Source: Sphingomonadales bacterium | Lineage (GTDB): Bacteria > Bacteroidota > Bacteroidia > Chitinophagales > Chitinophagaceae | Direction: 5' to 3' | Assembly (NCBI GenBank): GCA_016872155.1 | Contig: VHBB01000001.1 | Span: 153,007-217,006 of the forward strand | DNA length: 64,000 nt | Shown: positions 56,315-63,312 of the stretch, piece by piece | Position numbering within the stretch: position 1 is the first letter of the stretch | Layout: every line of letters begins with the position of its first letter | Translations under genes and position numbers: made by a program | The notes under the pieces: generated by a model | What the model was told of the DNA's origin: nothing | Seen by the model: the letters and a program-made list of their open reading frames with translations, nothing else | Databases searched by the model: none

Positions 56315-58231
56315 ATGAAAAAATTGACCCTGACCCTACTGATCTTAGCGAGCTACTGTACAGCAGTACGAGGGCAAGACACACTAGAGCAGTTCCTATC
56401 AAGAAAGGATATACCTGTTGCCGCCAAAGTAGACCGACTCAATGGAATGGCCCGCGATATTGCCTATGTAAACCCGCTGCGAGGTACCGATCTCTCGTAT
56501 CGGGCATTGCAACTTAGCCAAGAGGCCGATTACCCCAGAGGAGTTGCTTATGCCTTGCGCGGAATCGCTAGTTCGTTACTCACAGAAGAAAGGCTTTATC
56601 TCTGTATGAAAAACCTGCAGCGATCGTTGCAGATATTTCAGTCGCTCAAAGACTCCACCGGAATAGCCGCCTGCTACGTTTCGCTGGGGCATCTCTACCG
56701 CAGACTACAGAACGCTAACCAAGAGCTCCACTATCATCAAGCCGCTTTTGATTTTTTTTCCCGTCAAGGAATCGCAGAACGCATTGGAGTAACCACACAT
56801 AACTTGGGAGAAACCCTTTATAACCGAGGCGAATACGAAAAAGCAATAGCGCTTACAGAACGGGCCATTATAATCAATGACTCTATTCGTAATCTGACCG
56901 TATTATCGGCCTGTTATCGGGTCATGGGCAACATCAAGCTGGCCCAAGGCAATAAGGCCGCTGCTGCCACGTGGTATCATAAAACACTAGCGGTCTCTGA
57001 CAGGCTGGGTGTTGGCTCTCAAAAAGTGGCTACGGTCGATGCCCTACTACAACTGGCGCGTCTCAATAGCGAACAAGATCAAGACCAAGAGGCGTTACGA
57101 CAACTACAACAAGCTCTTGTTATCGTAAAAGAGAATCGACTTTTCAACTATGTACAAAGCCTCTACGAGGCCATCATACAAAATCAAGTAAAGACTGGAT
57201 CAATTCAAGCGCTTCGCCGTACCCTTACAGACTACCAGATCACCAACATAAAACTGAATAATCTAAAGACCGAAGTAATTTTTCGCTTTACAGAAACCAT
57301 GCTTCGCATGGATTCATTAGAACAAGTATCGACCGATTTGCAAGAAAAAAATCTAACTCAGAAAAAGTTGATCGAAGAGAAGAATAGCCGCACCCGAATG
57401 ACGGCGATCTTTTTAATAAGCCTTTTGATCTTATCGGTTGTGCTAGCCTACAATGTGGTCATGCTTAGAAAAGCTAATCAATTGCTTACCGAACAGCGAT
57501 CGATGTTGCGCAAGCAAAATCAACAGCTCGAAGAGCTCAATATCCTTAAGAATAAATTTTTAAGTATCCTGTCGCACGATATCAAGGCTCCCCTGCAGGG
57601 GCTAAAAAGCTACGTGGGACTTCTGCAAAAGGGAGGCGAACAAATTGAGCGGGGACAACTGGTGCAGTTTGCAGCCGAGCTGGAACAACAACTGAACACA
57701 ACGACCAAAATGGCCGACAATTTGATCGTCTGGGCAAAACTTCAAATGAAAAAGGCCAGTACACAACCCCAACCCATTAGGGCAGGTGCCGCCATCCCCG
57801 AGGTGCTAAAGCTCTATGAGAAAATGGCGGCCGATAAAAATTGCGTGCTGCAATACAACGAAACCGCCCAGGCCATGGCTTGGGCCGATCAAGATCAATT
57901 TAGTTTTATCGTACGCAATCTGGTTCACAACGCCATTAAGTTTAGCCCGGCCAACAGCACCATTCAGATCGAGGCAGTTAATCAAAACGGTCATTGCCTT
58001 GTTTCCGTTACGGATACCGGAGAGGGAATCAGCCAAGAAACACTCGATCGGCTGGGGGGTCTTGATCCCATGACCTCTAAGGCGGGCACCGCCGGAGAAG
58101 GAGGTACCGGGCTGGGATTACGTATTTGCCTGGAGTTCGCACAACTCAACAAGGGGCGGATTACTGTAAAAAATAATCCCTCGCAGCAAGGAAGTCGCTT
58201 CGTACTTGAATTGCCCCAAGAGCAAGCATAA
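56315..58231 (+). CDS. TPR-repeat sensor histidine kinase
   Basis: 638 aa from ATG 56315 (MKKLTLTLLILAS signal). TPR-like repeats, one TM helix, H-box LSILSHDIKAP and HATPase (DTGEGI, GTGLGL). Confidence 0.8.
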   Translation: MKKLTLTLLILASYCTAVRGQDTLEQFLSRKDIPVAAKVDRLNGMARDIAYVNPLRGTDLSYRALQLSQEADYPRGVAYALRGIASSLLTEERLYLCMKNLQRSLQIFQSLKDSTGIAACYVSLGHLYRRLQNANQELHYHQAAFDFFSRQGIAERIGVTTHNLGETLYNRGEYEKAIALTERAIIINDSIRNLTVLSACYRVMGNIKLAQGNKAAAATWYHKTLAVSDRLGVGSQKVATVDALLQLARLNSEQDQDQEALRQLQQALVIVKENRLFNYVQSLYEAIIQNQVKTGSIQALRRTLTDYQITNIKLNNLKTEVIFRFTETMLRMDSLEQVSTDLQEKNLTQKKLIEEKNSRTRMTAIFLISLLILSVVLAYNVVMLRKANQLLTEQRSMLRKQNQQLEELNILKNKFLSILSHDIKAPLQGLKSYVGLLQKGGEQIERGQLVQFAAELEQQLNTTTKMADNLIVWAKLQMKKASTQPQPIRAGAAIPEVLKLYEKMAADKNCVLQYNETAQAMAWADQDQFSFIVRNLVHNAIKFSPANSTIQIEAVNQNGHCLVSVTDTGEGISQETLDRLGGLDPMTSKAGTAGEGGTGLGLRICLEFAQLNKGRITVKNNPSQQGSRFVLELPQEQA

Positions 58232-58232
58232 A

Positions 58233-58258
58233 AAAAGCTACCCCGAAGGATAGCTTTT
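58233..58258. terminator. bidirectional intrinsic terminator between the convergent TPR kinase and SWIB genes
   Basis: AAAAGCTAcCC-CGAA-GGaTAGCTTTT. The stem has about 10 pairs with one mismatch and a 4-nt loop. An A-run lies on one side and a T-run on the other, so each transcript ends in U's. Confidence 0.55.
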
Positions 58259-58280
58259 ACAAGTTCAGTGTTTGCTAAGT

Positions 58281-58673
58281 TTAGCTCAGGTTCTTACCGA
58301 GATACTTGGCAATTTCGAACATAGACACTTGGCCTTTGTTACCGAACACAGCTTTCAGCTTTGCATCGGCATTAACCATGCGTCTGTTCTTGTTGTCCTG
58401 AAGTTTGTTGGCTTTTATGTAGCCCCAAATCTTCTTGACAGCCTCGGTACGAGCGAGGGGTTTTGCACCTACTACAGCAGCCAGAGCGGCGCTGGGAGTC
58501 ATCGCCTTCATGAAAGCCGCATTTGGCTTACGAGCAGACTTTTTCTTAGCAGGTTTTTTCTTTGCCGCTTTTTTAGCGGGCTTCTTTTTTGCTGCTTTCT
58601 TGGCTACTTTCTTAGCAGCTTTCTTAGCAGGCTTTTTGGCAGCTTTTTTGGCCGCTTTTTTCTTGGTTGCCAT
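58281..58673 (-). CDS. SWIB/MDM2 domain protein with histone-H1-like Lys/Ala-rich N-terminal tail
   Basis: 130 aa. Residues 1-50 are (A/P)KK(A)AKK repeats. The C-terminal part, ...LARTEAVKKIWGYIKANKLQD...RMVNADAKLKAVFG, is SWIB-like. Confidence 0.8.
   Translation of the reverse strand: MATKKKAAKKAAKKPAKKAAKKVAKKAAKKKPAKKAAKKKPAKKKSARKPNAAFMKAMTPSAALAAVVGAKPLARTEAVKKIWGYIKANKLQDNKNRRMVNADAKLKAVFGNKGQVSMFEIAKYLGKNLS
58524..58670 (-). repeat. low-complexity coding repeat (Lys/Ala codon tract)
   Basis: Imperfect reiteration of GCnAAGAAA-type units encoding about ten AKK/AAKK units. It generates spurious Phe/Leu-rich ORFs on the opposite strand. Confidence 0.6.
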
Positions 58674-58718
58674 TTTTCTAAATTTAGAATGTTAATGGGT
58701 AAAGAGCTTTTCCGGTAT

Positions 58719-58747
58719 CAAATATAGATTTTTTTGTTGCACGGCAA
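58719..58747 (-). promoter_or_regulatory. complete Bacteroidota-type promoter TTG-N18-TATATTTG for the SWIB gene
   Basis: -33 TTG at 58747-58745 and -7 TATATTTG at 58726-58719, 45 nt upstream of ATG 58673. Confidence 0.5.
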
Positions 58748-58820
58748 ATTCTCTGCCGATTTTTTTATATCCACCGATGGGGATTTCTCTAAACTGCCTA
58801 CAATTCCCTTGCTTTGCACT

Positions 58821-59552
58821 ATGGACATTTCGTGGCTCTCGCGCACCTCCCTTCTCATAGGAGAATCGGCCGTTCGGCACCTGAATAACGCACATGTAAT
58901 GGTGGTCGGGCTGGGGGGCGTAGGTTCGTACGCAGCAGAGTTCATTGCCCGCAGCGGCATAGGGAAAATGACCATTATTGACGGTGATACGGTAGATCCC
59001 TCCAATAGAAATCGACAGTTGCCCGCCCTGGCCACGACACATGGATTGTCCAAGGCCACCCTTATGCAAGAGCGACTGCTGGCCATCAATCCCGAGCTTC
59101 AACTCGAGGTGATCAGCTCTTTTGTATCTCCCGAGATGGTAGCGATCCAGCTAGATCGAAAGCCTGATTATATCATCGATGCCATAGACAGCATTACACC
59201 AAAGATTACCTTTATCAAGATGGCTTTTACCAGTGGGATACCGCTGGTGAGCAGCATGGGAGCGGGTGCCAAACTTGACCCTACCCAGCTACAAGTGGTC
59301 GATATAGCCAAGACGTACAATTGCCCATTTGCCCAGCAAATTCGTAAACAACTCAAGCGTCGCCATGGAATCAAAAGCGGGATAAAAGTCGTTTTCTCTC
59401 CCGAAAAACCCAATAAAGAAAGCCTGATGCTGACCGACGGAAGCAACTACAAAAAATCTGCCTATGGCACGATCTCTTATCTGCCGGCCACCTTTGGGGC
59501 CGTAGCAGCCTCGGTGGTGATCAGAGATCTTATTGCTACCGCCGCTCGCTGA
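58821..59552 (+). CDS. tcdA: tRNA threonylcarbamoyladenosine dehydratase (ThiF/MoeB-fold)
   Basis: 243 aa from ATG 58821 with the Rossmann motif VVGLGGVGSYAAE. TcdA/CsdL-like length and sequence. Confidence 0.8.
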   Translation: MDISWLSRTSLLIGESAVRHLNNAHVMVVGLGGVGSYAAEFIARSGIGKMTIIDGDTVDPSNRNRQLPALATTHGLSKATLMQERLLAINPELQLEVISSFVSPEMVAIQLDRKPDYIIDAIDSITPKITFIKMAFTSGIPLVSSMGAGAKLDPTQLQVVDIAKTYNCPFAQQIRKQLKRRHGIKSGIKVVFSPEKPNKESLMLTDGSNYKKSAYGTISYLPATFGAVAASVVIRDLIATAAR

Positions 59553-59940
59553 GCAGTGCTGGCCGCTGAACGGGCCACCTGTATGGTTCAAGTGGATGGT
59601 GGCGCTAGGTTTTTTTACCGATATGATCGATGGAGTACTGGCCCGACTTTTTCGCGTCAATAGTGCCCTTGGCGCGCGACTGGATTCCATTGGAGACGAT
59701 TTGACCGTATTGGTCATATCAGGAGGGTTTATTATGACCAGGCCACAATTTTTGACCGAACGATGGGCCTGGCTACTTCCACTAGTCATATTGTTTTTGA
59801 TACAGACAGGATATGCACTCTATCGATACAAACGCATCTCCAGCTTTCACACCCGTTTGGCCAAATTAGCCGCTTTTACGCAAGGTGTTTTTTTGCTGAC
59901 CTTCTGGTTATTCGAGAAGCAGAGGAACAAGCCGCTATAA
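59533..59940 (+). CDS. CDP-alcohol phosphatidyltransferase family protein, apparently N- and C-terminally short (possible remnant)
   Basis: Contains the family motif DMIDGVLARLFRVNSALGARLDSIGDD (DG-x2-AR-x8-G-x3-D-x3-D). Only 29-33 codons can precede the motif (in-frame TGA at 59518-59520). Possible starts are TTG 59533 or ATG 59596. Confidence 0.5.
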   Translation: MLPPLAEQCWPLNGPPVWFKWMVALGFFTDMIDGVLARLFRVNSALGARLDSIGDDLTVLVISGGFIMTRPQFLTERWAWLLPLVILFLIQTGYALYRYKRISSFHTRLAKLAAFTQGVFLLTFWLFEKQRNKPL

Positions 59941-60044
59941 GAACAAACAAGGCCACCGAGCAATAGAGAACACTGCGTTTTTTCATACCGGAACATTATA
60001 TCCGGTAAACTACCAAGTAGAATTGTAGCAGACAATGACTCCCG

Positions 60045-60497
60045 TCACTTCTTAGCAGTCTCCGTGCAGTCCTTACATTTTCCCTGTACCAATACCTCTA
60101 CTTGTCGGGGACTATACCCTTTCGGCAATTTCAGTACCGGGGTCACCACTTCGTCTAAACAGAAGGTATGATGACATTGTTGACAGACAAAATGAATATG
60201 CTCATGGCGGTGATGCCCGTCGCCACACTCGTCTTTGCACAAGGCATAGCGTACCGCATTATCCGCCGAGGGTATCGTGTGGATCAGACCCCGGTCCACA
60301 AAGGTCTGCAGGGTGCGATAGATAGTGACTCGATCAAAGGTCGTTCCCACTTTTTTTTCGATATCCCCATGAGAAAGGGCGCCAGGCTGGTCTAAGAAAT
60401 ACTGAAGAATGCGTTTACGACTTTCGGTTACACTAAGCGCCTGACGCTTTAGCAAGGCAGTGATCTTCTTTTCGGTAGAGGCAGCAACACGAGGCAT
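60045..60497 (-). CDS. Fur family metalloregulator
   Basis: 150 aa with a winged HTH, the His-rich HHRHEHIHFVCQQC and the C-terminal CKDC pair. Confidence 0.8.
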   Translation of the reverse strand: MPRVAASTEKKITALLKRQALSVTESRKRILQYFLDQPGALSHGDIEKKVGTTFDRVTIYRTLQTFVDRGLIHTIPSADNAVRYALCKDECGDGHHRHEHIHFVCQQCHHTFCLDEVVTPVLKLPKGYSPRQVEVLVQGKCKDCTETAKK

Positions 60498-60509
60498 AGA
60501 CCGGTAAAA

Positions 60510-61124
60510 TTAGTTTTTCTCCTCAAGTAGTTTTCGGGCATCGGCTATCAATTCTTTAACCTCCGATTCTTTGAGCCCGTCATAGATCTTTTTTACATCT
60601 CCGTTGCGATCTACGAGCGCCCAGAATTGGGTATGTAAAAAATCATCTTCGATAGAGGTAAGATTGTTGGCTGGATCGTCGATCGTATAACTGATACGGG
60701 CGGCATAATACAAACTTTCTTTGCGACCGGTCAGAAATACCCATTTGCGCGTATCAACTTGCAAAGAATCGGCATATCGCTTTAACTGAGAGACCGAATC
60801 GGTCTCGGGATCACAGGTATGAGAAACGATCAAGAATCCGGGTGCGGTATGCAATTCGTCATATACCGTTCTCAAGTAGTTATTCATTCGCGGACAGATC
60901 CCCTTGCACGTAGTAAAAAAATAAGAGGCTACATAGACCTTACCTTTAATATCCTGCTCCGAAAAAAGGGTACTATCCTGGGTCAAGAAGCGAAATGGGC
61001 GCACATAGCTGACCGGGGCTACTCCCTTTTTTGTATACCCCGGAATTAGGACCGCCAGGGTCGCATAGAAGCCGATCGACAGCAAGAAAAAAAATAAAAG
61101 ATAGAGCCATAGTTTTTTTGACAT
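60510..61124 (-). CDS. SCO family thioredoxin-fold protein (second paralogue)
   Basis: 204 aa with an N-terminal TM helix, CKGIC (CxxxC) and the conserved His (FLHTQF). It lies 12 nt upstream of the Fur gene. Confidence 0.8.
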   Translation of the reverse strand: MSKKLWLYLLFFFLLSIGFYATLAVLIPGYTKKGVAPVSYVRPFRFLTQDSTLFSEQDIKGKVYVASYFFTTCKGICPRMNNYLRTVYDELHTAPGFLIVSHTCDPETDSVSQLKRYADSLQVDTRKWVFLTGRKESLYYAARISYTIDDPANNLTSIEDDFLHTQFWALVDRNGDVKKIYDGLKESEVKELIADARKLLEEKN

Positions 61125-61141
61125 GACGCCGTATTGAATGT

Positions 61142-61149
61142 CAAAATTA
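61142..61149 (-). promoter_or_regulatory. -7 promoter box TAATTTTG for the SCO-Fur operon
   Basis: Exact TAnnTTTG, 17 nt upstream of ATG 61124. Confidence 0.4.
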
Positions 61150-61188
61150 CGAAGGCAGACTGGCTTAAAAGAGGCGGAGCTGAATTTT

Positions 61189-61219
61189 TTGCAACTATGT
61201 TGCTATTTTGGTAATTTTG
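61189..61219 (+). promoter_or_regulatory. promoter TTG-N20-TAATTTTG for the merC-like gene, with embedded inverted repeat GCAAC-TAT-GTTGC (61191-61203)
   Basis: The -7 box at 61212-61219 is 4 nt from ATG 61224. The 5-bp-arm palindrome lies between the -33 and -7 elements, a typical operator position. Confidence 0.4.
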
Positions 61220-61223
61220 CCCT

Positions 61224-61616
61224 ATGCGTTATCGGATCAACTGGGATGCCTTAGGCATTAGTGCTTCTGTTATATGCGCCATTCACTGCTCCCTGCTTCC
61301 ACTGCTACTGACCAGTCTCCCCCTGTTCGGCGTCAACATTATCCACCACCTGGGCTTTGAACTGGGAATGATCGCACTGGCACTGGTCATTGGCAGCTAC
61401 TCCATGTATCATGGTTATACCAAACACCATCACCGGTTAACGCCCTGGCTACTTTTCTTATTGGGCGGCGTTTTTTTGATCTTAAAACAACTCTTTCCAA
61501 CTTATCAACTCTTCTTACTGGCTCCGGCCGTTGGGCTCATCATCTATTCGCATTTACTCAACGTGCGCAGCTGCCGATCGCATAATCATGCGCATACTGA
61601 TGATTGCAGGCATTAG
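61224..61616 (+). CDS. MerC domain-containing membrane protein
   Basis: 130 aa with four TM helices. N-terminal helix is ISASVICAIHCSLLPLLL. C-terminal His/Cys-rich tail is CRSHNHAHTDDCRH. Confidence 0.7.
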   Translation: MRYRINWDALGISASVICAIHCSLLPLLLTSLPLFGVNIIHHLGFELGMIALALVIGSYSMYHGYTKHHHRLTPWLLFLLGGVFLILKQLFPTYQLFLLAPAVGLIIYSHLLNVRSCRSHNHAHTDDCRH

Positions 61617-61626
61617 CAAGATCTTT

Positions 61627-62484
61627 TCAGTTAGGCTTTCGGCCTATTTCGACTTGTAGTAGTATACTGGCATTCTCTACTCGGTTCTTTCGAGAACGGG
61701 CTTTCAGAAAGAATAAATAAGGGGCTGCCCTCCACTTGTCAGAAAAATAGCGCTCAAAACATTCAGCTCTCTCTGCATGGGTGCTGTACAAAACCTCAAC
61801 TTGCCGGGCTTCTCCTCGCTCAATTCCTAAGAAACGAACCGCAAGAACAAACGAGGCGGGTAACTCAATGGGAGCAGGTAAAACTATTCTTGCCTGTGTA
61901 ATTGGAATATCGGCCGCTTGTATTCTAAAAAATTGCTCATATACCTTTTCTGAAGGCAATTTTTTTGTCTGATCAAGGTCATATACAGCAAAAGATAAAA
62001 GCTGAGTGGTCTGTAACAAAGGAGCGAAATGCAGTGTAAAAGCACCCAGTGTAGATAAAGAGTCCTTTACAGTGAACAAACGACCCAATTCTAATTGAGG
62101 GAACATCATTATTCTACCATCTGCAATTTTTGATGAAGACCCTAACACGTTGACGGGAATAAAATCGTTCGAATAAAGATTGAGCAGGGGCAGCTCAACT
62201 ACACTACGTTGCAACGATATAACTGCGCCCTGCTTAACTTGTTGACTGGGGATAAACGCTTGAGTATAGCCTACTCTCGAAAAGAAAAGAGTATCCCCTG
62301 CTAAAAACGGAATAACCACTATCCCCTGGCTATCGGCCATTGAACAAACACTTCGCTGTTGTAAATAACATACGACAGCACTCGATAAAGGTTCGCCACT
62401 TATACTATCCACGCAACGAAAGCGAAGCGGCTGTGCCGTAATCAGGCCTGAAGAAAAAAAAAGAAAAAAAATGTCACCAGCCAA
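61627..62484 (-). CDS. hypothetical secreted protein with CarboxypepD_reg-like N-domain; 5' end ambiguous
   Basis: 285 codons from TTG 62484. The only nearby ATG (62489) is out of frame across a T8-C-T9 tract. No recognisable catalytic motif. Confidence 0.5.
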   Translation of the reverse strand: MAGDIFFLFFSSGLITAQPLRFRCVDSISGEPLSSAVVCYLQQRSVCSMADSQGIVVIPFLAGDTLFFSRVGYTQAFIPSQQVKQGAVISLQRSVVELPLLNLYSNDFIPVNVLGSSSKIADGRIMMFPQLELGRLFTVKDSLSTLGAFTLHFAPLLQTTQLLSFAVYDLDQTKKLPSEKVYEQFFRIQAADIPITQARIVLPAPIELPASFVLAVRFLGIERGEARQVEVLYSTHAERAECFERYFSDKWRAAPYLFFLKARSRKNRVENASILLQVEIGRKPN

Positions 62485-62650
62485 CCCATAGGAATTGGAA
62501 AAATAAGAAAATTAGACGATCAGTATCCAACCGGTTCTACAGTTGCTACCGAGGAGGGAGACTGCCAACAAGGACCGGACCAATGCTCCGTATTAACAGC
62601 AAATAAAAAATAATAGGTACGGTGGCAATATTGAATTAGATTTAACAAAT

Positions 62651-63073
62651 ATGAGGCCATTACTCCTCTTACTAGGGATTGCTCTTCTCGGAGTTGCTAA
62701 AGCACAAGACGCTGAAGTACTGGCCATCAAGGGCCTATTACAAACACAAACCCTTGCCTGGAATCGGGGCGACCTGGAAGGCTTTATGCAGGGATATTGG
62801 AAGAACGACTCGCTTTGTTTTATCGGTAAGTCAGGAGTAACTTATGGATGGAACAACACACTGGCCAATTATAAAAAAGGATATCCCGATACAGCCGCCA
62901 TGGGAAAATTGCAGTTTACGATCTTGCAGGTGCAACTGCTTTCTAAAACGTATGCGCAGGTCATTGGCAAATGGCATTTAACAAGAAGCATCGGGAATGT
63001 ACAGGGCCACTTTACCTTACTCTTAAGACGACTCAACGGTCAATGGGTCATCATTTCGGACCACAGCAGTTAA
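62651..63073 (+). CDS. DUF4440/SnoaL-like (NTF2 fold) protein, secreted
   Basis: 140 aa with a signal peptide. The pattern ...WNRGDLEGFMQGYW...GKWHL...GHFTLLLRRLNGQWVIISDH is typical of YybH/DUF4440-like proteins. Confidence 0.65.
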   Translation: MRPLLLLLGIALLGVAKAQDAEVLAIKGLLQTQTLAWNRGDLEGFMQGYWKNDSLCFIGKSGVTYGWNNTLANYKKGYPDTAAMGKLQFTILQVQLLSKTYAQVIGKWHLTRSIGNVQGHFTLLLRRLNGQWVIISDHSS

Positions 63074-63303
63074 TGATGATGTTTTTTCCAGGCGTTACGT
63101 AAATACCGTAACAGGGCTACGAAAGAGGCCAGTAATAACACATAAAAGAGTGTCGTAATCCAAGCCGCATAGCGACCGGGAACCGCCAGACCTGCATACA
63201 GACCGATGGTAGAAGCAGACAGCATCCAAATTATCGTTACGGCAATGGCATTGACGATACGAATAAAAAAAGCGCTGACTTCCGAATCCCATCCCTGCTC
63301 CAT
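63070..63303 (-). CDS. small two-TM membrane protein (hypothetical)
   Basis: 77 aa with two hydrophobic helices and a basic C-terminus (WKKHHH). Confidence 0.45.
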   Translation of the reverse strand: MEQGWDSEVSAFFIRIVNAIAVTIIWMLSASTIGLYAGLAVPGRYAAWITTLFYVLLLASFVALLRYLRNAWKKHHH

Positions 63304-63312
63304 GTAACTGAA

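Noticed and set aside
58272-58727. Phe/Leu/Ala-rich plus-strand ORFs (151 aa and 86 aa) overlapping the SWIB gene.
   Set aside because: They are the mirror translation of the Lys/Ala codon repeats. The minus-strand gene has a real folded domain, a promoter and a terminator.
59986-60007. A 7-bp stem-loop (TACCGGA-N8-TCCGGTA) between the CDP-alcohol transferase-like ORF and the fur gene, considered as a terminator.
   Set aside because: The T-run precedes the hairpin rather than following it on the plus strand. On the minus strand it is followed by an A-run. It is not a canonical intrinsic terminator in either direction, though a terminator without a U-tract cannot be excluded.
61224-61616. The MerC-like gene as evidence of a mercury-resistance (mer) operon or mobile element.
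   Set aside because: No merR, merA, merT, merP or transposition genes are present. The context (Fur plus SCO) points to another metal.
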